Source: an uncultured Pseudomonadota bacterium
Lineage (GTDB): Bacteria; UBA10199; JACPAL01; GCA-016699445
Direction: 5' to 3'
Length of the DNA stretch: 64,000 nt
NCBI GenBank assembly: GCA_964555055.1
Contig: CAZKQW010000012.1
Span: forward strand, 4,897-68,896
Shown: positions 54,890 to 64,000 of the stretch, piece by piece
How positions within the stretch are numbered: position 1 is the first letter of the stretch
Layout of the letters: each line of letters starts with the position of its first letter
Notes under the pieces: model-generated
Seen by the model: only the letters and a program-made list of their open reading frames with translations
Database searches by the model: none
What the model was told of the DNA's origin: nothing
Translations under genes and position numbers: made by a program

Positions 54890-57526
54890 TTAATAAGTAA
54901 GTGTGACTCCAGCTCCCAATCCCATGTCGCTGTCGTAATGTGTGGAAAGAGAAAAATATTTCGTTACGATATAGCGAAATCCCGCCATGTATTCTTTGTC
55001 GGTATTGAGCATGAAATTAAAGCGCAGACGTCTTGTGATCGGAATATCTTCCCGACCTAACTGAAAACGAAATTTCCCGTCTGAATCCACGCGCATGTCC
55101 GCGTTTAGGAGTAAGGGTAAGGTGTATTGGAGGCCGACGACAGCGGCTTTACGGTCGTCTTTATTGCTGCTTTGCCCAAACCAGGTCTTGCTCTCGTCGC
55201 CGAAAATGTTCTTAGGGCCGCCTTCCATTTTGTAATGAACGTCGAACCCCACATAGGGATACCACCATTGCATGCGTCCCAAATAGCGTCCGACGATCGT
55301 TTCGCTCTCGTAACCATGCATATCATGAAAGCCTAAATGCCACAGGGTGCTCGCCTTCCATCGCGTGTTGGCTATCATGGCTTCGCCGTCGCTCCCGTTG
55401 CTCTCCAAGCCGATTCTGGCCATCGTATGGAACATCCTATCGTCCTTGAATAACTGGCGTTGTGCTTTCTTGGGGTCGGGGATCTCCGGATTGGGCGGCG
55501 AATTTTCGTAATGGAAGATGCGTCCCATGCCGCTCATCATGTGATAGAGGATATGGCAGTGGAAAAACCAGTCGCCGCTTTCACTGGCGGCAAATTCGAT
55601 CACGTCTGTTTCCATCGGCATGATGTCGATGATATTTTTCATCGGCGCATATTCGCCTTGCCCGTTGAGTAGCCTGAAATCATGTCCATGCAGATGCATC
55701 GGGTGGCGCATCATGCTGTTGTTGAAAAGAGTAATTCTTACATTTTCACCTTTTTTAATTAAGATTTTATCCGATTCGGAGACCGTTTTATTGTCCATTG
55801 TCCACACATAGCGATTCATATTGCCCGTTAATTCGAACTTTAATTCTTTGACCGGACCTTTGGGCAGAGTGGTTTTTTTGGGGGCACGCAGCATTCCATA
55901 ATTCAATGTCACAATGTCAGGTGTTTCACTTTCCATGTTCATCCCGGGCATATTCATACCCTGCATACCCGACATCTTATGATTGGACATTTTCATCTCA
56001 TGGCCTTGCATAGGCATGGGACCTTTTTTATTCTTTGAGTTTTCCTCACCCGTGACTTCTGGATACATGACCGTATTCATATCCATTTCCTGATTGGCCA
56101 TTTTCATACCCTTCATTTCCTTCATGTTACCGTGCATATCCATCATGTCGTTCATCATTTTCATTCCAGAAAAATACTTAAGCTTAGGGAACTTTGCTGC
56201 GGACACTTTTTCCCCGCGGCCCAACCAAAGAGAGGCTGATTTTGTGCGGTCTTCCGGCGTGACTAAAAATTCATAACTCTTATTTTCAGGAATTTTAACA
56301 ACGACATCGTACGTTTCAGACACGGCTATCAGTAATCGATCCACTTCCACCGGCTCGACGTCATTGCCATCGGTGGCCACGACAATCATTTTACCGCCGG
56401 CGTAGGTCAGCCAAAAATAATCCGAGGCTCCCGCATTGGCGATTCGCAACCTGACCCTATCTCCCGCCTTAAATTGTGGCTGTTCGCTTTGGTTTTCACC
56501 GTTGATCAGGAACGTATCGTAATACACGTCGCTGACATCCATCGCATTCATGCGTTTCCACTCATTGGTAAGTTTCGTCTTGAAATGACCTTTTTTAATG
56601 GCCTCTCCATAGCTTTGAGTACTTCCTTTTTTGATGGCAAACCAATCGGTACCCGTGTGAAGGCTGCGCTCCACTTCTTTGGGATTCATGTCTGTCCATT
56701 CACTGAGGACAATGGATAGTGTAGGGATGTCCCATTCTTTTCGCTTATTCATGATGAAAGCACCATACATACCGATTTGTTCCTGAAGCCCTGTATGGCT
56801 GTGATACCAATGAGTCCCATGCTGAATAATGGGAAACTTATACACATGGGTCGTATGTGGTTTGATCGGCATTTGCGTTAGATTCGGGACGCCGTCGTAT
56901 TGGTTAGGTAAAAAGAGGCCATGCCAATGCAAAGACGTCTCTTCATTTAAGTCATTGTGGACGTATATTTCGGCGGTGTCGCCTTCGGTAAACGTCAAGG
57001 TGGGCATCGGAATGGTCCCGTTGACGGCAATGGCTCGTTTTGTTTTCCCAGAAAAATTCACTTTCGTTTCGGCAATATGTAAATCGTAGCGGACGACACG
57101 CGGGGGTGTGTTGTTCACAATGGTTTTGAGGGGACCCAGCTTTACTTTGGGCATTTTCATGTTGCCCATGTTATGCATGGAACTGTTTCCCTCCATTTTC
57201 ATCCCGCCCATATCATCCATAGGCTGCATGCTGTGCTTCATGGGCGTTTGCACTTCATCGTGTTTTTGATGGGAGGGCCCTGAATCAGCCTTCGGCTTTT
57301 CCTCAATTAGTTTCATGCCGCATTTTGGACAATTCCCCGGCTTGTCCGAATGGATTTCAGGGTGCATCACACAGGTGTAAGTCGTAGACTGTTCTTGTTT
57401 TGGTTTTTCTTTTATTTGCATGTTCATACCCTTCATATTCATGTCTTTCATATCCTGTGCAGACACGAATGAAGAGAGGGTCAGACTAAATACAAATAAG
57501 AATAGATAAAAAATTCCTGATTTCAT
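54890..57526 (-). CDS. multicopper oxidase (CopA/PcoA-like) with N-terminal metal-binding domain, Met-rich segments and C-terminal CopB/PcoB-like outer-membrane domain
   Basis: YTCVMHPEIHSDKPGNCPKCGM. MCO motifs SLHWHG, HSHTG, HCHILYHMMSGM. Met-rich MNDMMDMHGNMKEMKGMKM. Last ~240 aa have an amphipathic beta pattern ending …GLGAGVTLTY. Confidence 0.7.
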   Translation of the reverse strand: MKSGIFYLFLFVFSLTLSSFVSAQDMKDMNMKGMNMQIKEKPKQEQSTTYTCVMHPEIHSDKPGNCPKCGMKLIEEKPKADSGPSHQKHDEVQTPMKHSMQPMDDMGGMKMEGNSSMHNMGNMKMPKVKLGPLKTIVNNTPPRVVRYDLHIAETKVNFSGKTKRAIAVNGTIPMPTLTFTEGDTAEIYVHNDLNEETSLHWHGLFLPNQYDGVPNLTQMPIKPHTTHVYKFPIIQHGTHWYHSHTGLQEQIGMYGAFIMNKRKEWDIPTLSIVLSEWTDMNPKEVERSLHTGTDWFAIKKGSTQSYGEAIKKGHFKTKLTNEWKRMNAMDVSDVYYDTFLINGENQSEQPQFKAGDRVRLRIANAGASDYFWLTYAGGKMIVVATDGNDVEPVEVDRLLIAVSETYDVVVKIPENKSYEFLVTPEDRTKSASLWLGRGEKVSAAKFPKLKYFSGMKMMNDMMDMHGNMKEMKGMKMANQEMDMNTVMYPEVTGEENSKNKKGPMPMQGHEMKMSNHKMSGMQGMNMPGMNMESETPDIVTLNYGMLRAPKKTTLPKGPVKELKFELTGNMNRYVWTMDNKTVSESDKILIKKGENVRITLFNNSMMRHPMHLHGHDFRLLNGQGEYAPMKNIIDIMPMETDVIEFAASESGDWFFHCHILYHMMSGMGRIFHYENSPPNPEIPDPKKAQRQLFKDDRMFHTMARIGLESNGSDGEAMIANTRWKASTLWHLGFHDMHGYESETIVGRYLGRMQWWYPYVGFDVHYKMEGGPKNIFGDESKTWFGQSSNKDDRKAAVVGLQYTLPLLLNADMRVDSDGKFRFQLGREDIPITRRLRFNFMLNTDKEYMAGFRYIVTKYFSLSTHYDSDMGLGAGVTLTY

Positions 57527-57590
57527 GCAGGCTCCTAGGCTAAAGATAAAAAAAGAAAAAAGGGGGACTATGACCTTGAGGAGTGAAGGT

Positions 57591-58007
57591 TTAAATCAGG
57601 AAGGTACTTTTTTGTAGGTAAAGCCGGGATGACTCAGGAGGCGATAAATCATGAAAACTATTGAGTGGGATAGCAATGGTAAGATCAGGAAGAAAATATG
57701 AAAAAGAGGAATGAGTAATCGCTAGGTGTTTGTAAAAATCTATGGAAACCGCTTCTACTTTTGAAAGAACAGCACTTTCATCTTGTTGAATGCAGGAGCA
57801 GTTATCATGAGATTGAGAAGGATTTTTCGTGCCATCGGCATCGTCATGGTGATGATGAGAAGTGGCCTGAGAAGCAGAAGGAGCAGAAGCCTCGGAATGA
57901 CAATGTTCCGACTTTTGATTTAGGTTGTCATGATGACAAAGACACAACGCCACTGAAGCGTGAAGAACGACGAATGCAGCGAGCAGCGATGTCAGGACCT
58001 TTTTCAT
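57591..58007 (-). CDS. His/Cys-rich exported protein
   Basis: Signal MKKVLTSLLAAFVVLHASVA. CLCHH…HCHSE…SHHHHDD…CSC. Confidence 0.4.
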   Translation of the reverse strand: MKKVLTSLLAAFVVLHASVALCLCHHDNLNQKSEHCHSEASAPSASQATSHHHHDDADGTKNPSQSHDNCSCIQQDESAVLSKVEAVSIDFYKHLAITHSSFSYFLPDLTIAIPLNSFHDLSPPESSRLYLQKSTFLI

Positions 58008-58076
58008 CTCTTAAATGCCTATAAAATATAAATATGTTTGTCCACGCAACAATAGTGTCCCTTAAGAAGTAAGACA

Positions 58077-58610
58077 TTATGATGTCCAAGCACGTCGGAG
58101 ATAATAGCTCGATTCAACCGATAAGATGCCCCCAATAAAGGTCCCTAATAACCACAAGATAGTGATTGTTGCGACAAGCTCCGCGCCAAAAAAATAAAAG
58201 GCCGTGAGAGACACCAGACTGAACACACACGTTTGAAGCCATTCATGACGCTTAATGGATTCGAGCTCCTCCAGGGTCAGAAACAGATTCGAAAAAACAT
58301 AGGTCGAGCCCATGAAGAAGACCCCGCAGAGAGCCATGCAAAGCTCATGACTTCCCAATTTCATGAACCAGCTTGTAAGTGAGAAGTTTGTCCCGAAGGG
58401 ATTGAGCCCGAATTGATTACAGACGCTCAAGGATAGGAAACCAAAAAACAGGTGGATGATTCCAACTTTGCCGAACACAAGCCAAGGATTTGGGAAAAGT
58501 CGATTTTTTACTTTTGCGAAAAGCGTGTCCGGAACATCGACCGGATACACATCAGTGCTCAGAAATTCCTCGAACTCTTTTTGCCAATTTTGCTTATCCT
58601 GGTTGATCAT
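58077..58610 (-). CDS. membrane anti-sigma factor (NrsF/DUF1109-like)
   Basis: 177 aa multi-TM protein directly after the ECF sigma gene with conserved Cys. Confidence 0.45.
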   Translation of the reverse strand: MINQDKQNWQKEFEEFLSTDVYPVDVPDTLFAKVKNRLFPNPWLVFGKVGIIHLFFGFLSLSVCNQFGLNPFGTNFSLTSWFMKLGSHELCMALCGVFFMGSTYVFSNLFLTLEELESIKRHEWLQTCVFSLVSLTAFYFFGAELVATITILWLLGTFIGGILSVESSYYLRRAWTS

Positions 58611-58612
58611 AT

Positions 58613-59212
58613 TTAATCTTTTTTTGATTTCATCACTTCCCGAAGCCTTTTTAATCCACGACTCACCAATTGCCTGGCGTTTTGCGGTGATGTCCCTAAC
58701 CTCAAAGCAATGTCCTCGAAAGTGGCATCCTCATAAACTTTCATGGAGACGGCCGTTTTTTGGTGAGGAAGTAACTGTTCGATCAATTCGTCATTATTTG
58801 AAGGTCCAAACGCGGGCTCTATTGCAGGAACAAGCCTTTCGAGGAGAATATGATCCGTTGGTTCTTCCTGTTTCTTCTTAAGAGAATCGAGCCAAACGCT
58901 GCGCGCGATGGAAAAGAGCCATGGCGCAAATGGCAGAGTCGGGACATATTGTATCCGAGACCGATGGAGCTTCAAAAAAACATCTTGGGTGAGATCTTGG
59001 GCCAGTTGGAGGCTCGATAGCTTTTTTGCCAGGAATCCCAAAACGCGACCCGAATGGCGTTGGAATAGGAGCGAAAAGGCCATTTCATTAGTTTCTTCTT
59101 TATAATGTCTCATGAGTTCTTCATCCGATTGCGATTGCGCCTTTGAAGCGAAATCAGGCTTCTCGGTCCTCTCTTCATGAGTAATACGACGCAAGTCTGC
59201 TTTTTGTGACAT
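58613..59212 (-). CDS. ECF (sigma-70 family) sigma factor
   Basis: Region 2 …DLTQDVFLKLHRSRIQY… Region 4 HTH …FEDIALRLGTSPQNARQLVSRGLKRLR. Confidence 0.75.
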   Translation of the reverse strand: MSQKADLRRITHEERTEKPDFASKAQSQSDEELMRHYKEETNEMAFSLLFQRHSGRVLGFLAKKLSSLQLAQDLTQDVFLKLHRSRIQYVPTLPFAPWLFSIARSVWLDSLKKKQEEPTDHILLERLVPAIEPAFGPSNNDELIEQLLPHQKTAVSMKVYEDATFEDIALRLGTSPQNARQLVSRGLKRLREVMKSKKD

Positions 59213-59300
59213 GGGTGGCGATTCATTAACAAAAAAAGTGGTGAATTAATATAAATGTTTGCTTTGTCACAATTTCAACGGATCTGTCGTATTAACTATT

Positions 59301-60497
59301 ATGAATTGGAAAACCGGGACCTTTTTGACCCTTACAATTGCTTTTTTGATTTTCCTTCCGGGGTGGACAGAAGCGAGACAAAAGCTGTCTTTGGATGAAT
59401 TCCTTGATTTTGTTCATACAGAAAGCCCCGATCTCTCCATTGAATCCGCCAATGTGGCGGCTTTCAAAGCCCGCTCCTCGGGGATCCGCATTCCACCGGG
59501 CATGGTGGGATTCATGCAAATGCAAAGCGGTGGGGATACCGCCAAGGGCCTTGAAGTCGCTCAAGAGATTCCTTTCCCCACAAAAATAGCCCAAGACAAG
59601 AAAAGCAGGCGGCTTGAATACGAAGCCCAGAAAAAAATGAGTGCTATCCAAGAGGTGACGGTATCGGCCAAAGCCCGCGTCGCTTATATTGAATTTTGGG
59701 CGGCTTCCACCCGCTTGGCTATTTTAAAAGAAAAACATGACTGGCTTCATCACCACGCGAAGCTCAATAGAACACTCACAATTTCCGATAACGCCGCTCA
59801 AATCCACCTTTTGGGTATTGAATCCGAGGCAGACCTTCTTGAAAATGACATTTTATCAGAGGAAGCCTACTTTGTTGAAGCCCGCAATGCGCTCAACAGT
59901 TTCGCTCCATCGCTAAAAGGTCAAGACTTCATCGTAATGGAGCCTGTCCTTGAGAAGGCTAAGGCGGGAGAATCACAAAATCCACTCGTCGCTTGGAAGG
60001 AGGAAGAACTAAAGGCCAAAAAAGCCCGCGTGGCGTTGGCCAAGCAATCCTACCTCCCCGATCTTTATGTCCGTTTCCGAGCTTATGAAGGAATGCCTAC
60101 AGTTCAAGCCAATCAAGAATTGATGGTCGGCGTCACGGTCCCTTTTCTTAACTTCTGGCAACCCAGGGCCGAGGTCAAGGAAGCTTCCGCCCAAAAGGCC
60201 AAGGCTTATGCGGAACTGGAAAAAGTAAAAGTTGAATCGGATTCTAGACTTTCTGCTCTTCTTAAAAAATCAGAGGCGATGAAAAGCCAAATTTCCGTCT
60301 TGAAAAATAAACTCATCCCACGTGCCGCTCGTAGGGCCGAACTCGTAAAAAATATCTCTCAAAGGACTATGGAAGGCTTGGATGAACATAAAACGGTGAT
60401 GTTGGATTATCTCGACCTCAAACTTAAGAGCATCGATCTGCGGCTCGCTTATGAAAAAAACTTTCAAGAAATACGTCAACTGACGGGAAACCCATAA
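59301..60497 (+). CDS. outer membrane efflux protein (CusC/TolC family)
   Basis: ATG at MNWKTGTFLTLTIAFLIFLPGWTEA signal. The ORF-track start is a TTG 42 nt upstream. OEP repeats. Confidence 0.75.
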   Translation: MNWKTGTFLTLTIAFLIFLPGWTEARQKLSLDEFLDFVHTESPDLSIESANVAAFKARSSGIRIPPGMVGFMQMQSGGDTAKGLEVAQEIPFPTKIAQDKKSRRLEYEAQKKMSAIQEVTVSAKARVAYIEFWAASTRLAILKEKHDWLHHHAKLNRTLTISDNAAQIHLLGIESEADLLENDILSEEAYFVEARNALNSFAPSLKGQDFIVMEPVLEKAKAGESQNPLVAWKEEELKAKKARVALAKQSYLPDLYVRFRAYEGMPTVQANQELMVGVTVPFLNFWQPRAEVKEASAQKAKAYAELEKVKVESDSRLSALLKKSEAMKSQISVLKNKLIPRAARRAELVKNISQRTMEGLDEHKTVMLDYLDLKLKSIDLRLAYEKNFQEIRQLTGNP

Positions 60498-60507
60498 GAG
60501 GCATGAT

Positions 60508-61380
60508 ATGAAATACAGAAACTATATGGTTTTAATGCTCCCAGCGGTCCTCATTTTCACTGTGTTGGTAAATGGGTGTCAAAAAAAAGAAAGTCCGCCG
60601 CAGAACTCTCAGGGCTCCACCACTCAATCTAGCGTTCATGAGGATCCCGACGGCTATTGGACCTGCCCCATGCATCCGCAAGTACACCAACACGAAAAAG
60701 GAAAATGCCCAATTTGCGGCATGGACCTCGTGCATATGGAAGCCAAAAAAAAGACCGAAGGAAGTTCTCGGGATATGGAGAATAGGCCCCAAAACGAAAT
60801 ATCTGTAAGCGATAGCCAGCTTCGCTTAGCTTCTGTCGGCCGCTATACGGTCTCCCGGAAAGACATGTTCGTTAGTCTTCCTGTTTCCGGGAGCATTCTT
60901 TCTTCCGGTGAGGTTGTCCTTCAAATTTACGAATCGGATTTAGGTCTAGTGAAGGTCGGCAGTGAGTTTTCTGGAGCGGCAAGTTCCGCTCCTCACGAGT
61001 CTTTAAAAGGAAAAATCAAGGCCATTGATAATTTGGGGGATCCTACCACTCGAACTTTACGAGCGTTGGGCACTTTGGACTCAGGGCTTCAAAGAATATC
61101 CGTCGATGGTGGATTTCATGGTGCCATTACATCACAAATTAAGAATCAGATCATAATCCCCGAAGATTCCGTCTTTCATGCGGGGACTCGCAATTTGGTT
61201 TATCTCATTTCGTCCGACAATCAGATCAGCCCAAAAAAAGTCGTCATAGGAGCAAAAGGATCAAACGAATATCAGGTCTTCTCGGGACTCGATGAAGGCG
61301 ATGTCATCTCCACCGGACCGAATTTTCTATTGGATTCGGAATCCAAAATAAGAGGCGGAAATGATCAAGCGCATCATTGA
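60508..61380 (+). CDS. periplasmic adaptor (CusB-like MFP, short) with N-terminal metal-binding domain
   Basis: Lipobox VNGC. WTCPMHPQVHQHEKGKCPICGMDL. Barrel/MP-like C-terminus …GDVISTGPNFLLD. 290 aa. Confidence 0.7.
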   Translation: MKYRNYMVLMLPAVLIFTVLVNGCQKKESPPQNSQGSTTQSSVHEDPDGYWTCPMHPQVHQHEKGKCPICGMDLVHMEAKKKTEGSSRDMENRPQNEISVSDSQLRLASVGRYTVSRKDMFVSLPVSGSILSSGEVVLQIYESDLGLVKVGSEFSGAASSAPHESLKGKIKAIDNLGDPTTRTLRALGTLDSGLQRISVDGGFHGAITSQIKNQIIIPEDSVFHAGTRNLVYLISSDNQISPKKVVIGAKGSNEYQVFSGLDEGDVISTGPNFLLDSESKIRGGNDQAHH

Positions 61381-64000
61381 ATTTTCCGCGACGCATCGCT
61401 TACTGGTATTCGTTCTAACAGCTGTTCTCATCGTGCTGGGGGCTTATTCGCTCAAACGCATTCCTCTCGACGCCATTCCGGATCTCTCCGATACTCAAGT
61501 CATTATTTATTCTAAATGGGATCGTTCTCCCGAAATTATCGAAAAACAAGTGACTTACCCCATCGTCGCTTCTCTCTTGGGGGCCCCTAAAATCAAGTCT
61601 GTACGGGGCTTCTCGGACTACGGCTTCTCCTACGTTTACGTCATTTTTGAAGATGGTACCGATCTTTATTGGGCAAGAAGCCGGGTAGTCGAATACCTCA
61701 GTCGAATTTCCGCTCAACTTCCCTCCGGGGTCAAAACAGAATTGGGTCCGGATGCGACGAGCGTGGGTTGGGTATATCAATACGCTCTGACTGATGAATC
61801 GGGGAAAAGAAACGCGGCTGAATTGCGTTCCCTCCAGGATTGGAACCTCCGCTATCAGCTCCAGTCCGTCGCCGGCGTCGCGGAAGTGGCGGGTGTTGGC
61901 GGCTTCGTCAAACAGTTCCAAGTCAAAGTTGACCCCACAAAGCTCGTCCTGTTCCATGTCTCCCTTCCTCAAGTTTTAGAGGCTGTCCGCAATACCAATC
62001 AAGAAAGCGGAGGCCGCGTCATCGAATTCTCGGGTGCGGAGGCGATGGTCCGTTCGGAAGGCCTCGTTTCCACCGTTGAAGAGATCGAAAACGCGGTTGT
62101 CATGTATCCCATGCGCAGCAAGTCCCCGATTCTCGTCAAGCAAGTGGCAGACGTTTCGATCGGCCCGGAGATGAGGCGAGGTGTTACGGATCTGGATGGT
62201 AAAGGTGACACCGTCGGTGGGATCATTGTCATGAGGCAGGGGGAAGACGCTCCTTCTGTCATTGGAAGAATCAAGGAGAAGCTCGGAGAAATTCAGAAAT
62301 CTTTGCCTGAAGGCGTTAAAATCGTCACCGTCTATGATCGTTCCGATCTCATCCATCGGGCAATGGAGACCCTCAGAGGGACTCTGATCGAGGAACTGGT
62401 CATCGTCAGCCTCGTGATCCTGCTTTTTCTATGGCATGTCCCTTCCGCCATTATTCCTATCGTCACGATTCCCATCTCCGTTCTTCTGGCTTTCATCCCT
62501 TTGGTACTACTCGGTCAGACATCCAACATCATGTCTTTGGCCGGCATCGCGATTTCCATCGGAGTTTTAGTGGATGGAGCGATCGTCGAGGTTGAGAACG
62601 CCTACCGTAAGATCCAACATTGGGATGAAGGAGGTAGAAAAGGCAGTTTTTTCAAGGTACGTTTGGAAGCGTTGACCGAAGTGGGGCCCTCCGTTTTCTT
62701 TTCCCTGCTTGTGATTGCCGTCTCGTTTCTACCCATCTTCACTCTTGTGGATCAGGAAGGTCGCCTCTTCCGGCCGTTGGCACTTTCCAAGAATCTCGCC
62801 CTCGCTATTGCGGCTATTCTCGCCATTACCTTAGATCCAGCGCTTCGCATGCTCTTTGCGCGTGCCGATCCGTTCAAAGGGAGGGTGCCGTGGCTCAATA
62901 AGATGGGAAATGTTTTGTTAGTCGGGAAATATTATTCCGAGCACAAACATCCTATCAGTAGAAGACTGTTCGCCATTTATGAGCCCGTTTTGCACTGGGT
63001 TCTGGAAAGAAAAAAGTTGGTCTTGTCACTGGCCGCGGTCGCTGTCCTCTCCATCGTTCCGGGCTTTATGATGTTGGGCTCAGAATTCATGCCGACATTA
63101 CATGAAGGAAGTTTGCTCTATATGCCAACGGCTTTGCCCGGCATTTCGGTCACGGAAGCCCAGAGAGTGCTGACCGCCCAGGATCAAATCATCAAATCCT
63201 TTCCGGAAGTCCAATCTGTCTTTGGAAAAGCGGGTCGCGCCGATACATCCACGGATATCGCACCCCTTTCGATGATTGAAACGACCATTATTCTGAAACC
63301 ACCATTGGAATGGCGTAAAAACGATCGTTGGTATTCGTTCCTGCCTGAGGTGATGAAGTTTCCTTTTCAACGGGTATGGCCGGAAACGATTTCGGAAGAG
63401 GACTTGGTTGCCGAAATGAATGAGAAGTTAAGCTTCATCGGCATGCCCAATATTTGGACCATGCCCATCAAGAACCGTATCGACATGCTGTCGACCGGGA
63501 TCCGAAGTCCCATTGGAGTTAAGATTTTTGGGCCCGATCTCCGAACAATCGAAAACATCGGCCGGGATATCGAAAAGAAGCTTATGTCCGTGCCGGGCAC
63601 CAGAACCATCGTCGCCGAGCGCATCGCTAGTGGTTACTTTTTAGACGTGAAGTTCGATCGGAATAAGATCCAATACTACGGTCTTTCCATGAAAGAGGCG
63701 CAAGATCAGGCCATGAGCGCCATCGGAGGAGAGAACGTCTCCACGGCTCTCATCAATCGAGAGCGTTATCCCATTCAGGTACGATTGGCTCCCGACTTTC
63801 GCCAGGATCAACAAGCCATTAAACGAATCCTGATATCGACGCCGATCGGAGCCCAGATCCCGTTAAGCGAGATTGCAGACGTCCATATGACCGAGGGGGC
63901 GTCCATGATCCGCGATGAGAACGCTTCCCTGGTCGGCTACGTCTATGTGGATATCGACTCTAAGAGGACGGATATCGGCACTTATGTTTCCAAGGCGAAA
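61352..64000 (+). CDS. CusA-like heavy-metal efflux RND transporter, 3'-partial (runs off window)
   Basis: Manually translated from ATG 61352: MIKRIIEFSATHRLLVFVLT…SLQDWNLRYQLQSVAGVAEVAGVGGFVKQFQV… No stop seen to 64000. Confidence 0.85.

Noticed and set aside
61415-62356. Minus-strand ORFs (185 and 126 aa) at the right end
   Set aside because: Antisense shadows of the manually translated CusA-like RND gene that starts at 61352 on the + strand and runs off the window.
1-64000. CRISPR arrays, rRNA genes, IS elements with terminal inverted repeats
   Set aside because: No regularly spaced direct repeats, no rRNA-like conserved stretches and no transposase ORFs were seen by eye. The only mobile-element signature is the serine recombinase at tRNA-His.

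Overview
The window is a bacterial chromosomal segment from a Gram-negative organism. A Bdellovibrionota/deltaproteobacterium-like origin is only a low-confidence inference from gene content and mid-range GC. It is annotated here from the ORF translations and manual codon reading, without database searches. Left third (1-14.2 kb, mostly + strand): housekeeping core with tgt(partial)-yajC-secD-secF-recJ, a phasin-like gene with a clean rho-independent terminator, and a tightly coupled queC-X-queE-dgt-DUF115(Maf/MptE-like) operon in which a 185-aa unknown protein sits where queD normally lies. Next is an AT-rich insert carrying a gene interrupted by an 11-nt poly-C/G homopolymer (candidate phase-variable contingency locus), followed by an Slt70-type lytic transglycosylase. 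Middle (14.2-29 kb, - strand): a complete type IVa pilus / MSHA-like cluster (secreted beta-helix protein, PilP-like::PilQ, PilO, PilN, PilM, TPR MshN-like, ExeA/MshM-like ATPase, five prepilin-type minor pilins including a large PilX-like protein, major pilin PilA, PilC, PilB) with divergent pilT. pilA has a sigma54-like -24/-12 element and a twin-hairpin terminator. Then (29-37 kb): a tRNA-rich variable region with a TPR-GT4 glycosyltransferase, tRNA-Lys, pirin, tRNA-Leu, a membrane LuxR-type regulator, cytochrome b561, tRNA-Arg, and a GC-rich apaG plus 395-aa orphan. Right (37-64 kb, extends beyond window): an AT-richer genomic island inserted at the 3' end of tRNA-His(GTG) and headed by a large serine recombinase. 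It carries three HME-RND efflux loci, two of which lack a canonical membrane fusion protein. It also has a CDF lacking the cytoplasmic domain, a CopA P1B-ATPase, DUF305, a YHS lipoprotein, a c-type cytochrome, a multicopper oxidase with a C-terminal extension tentatively read as CopB-like (fusion call about 0.45 confidence), His-rich periplasmic proteins and an ECF sigma/anti-sigma pair. A near-identical 20-nt sigma54-like motif recurs upstream of pilA and twice inside the island. No CRISPR array or rRNA was seen.
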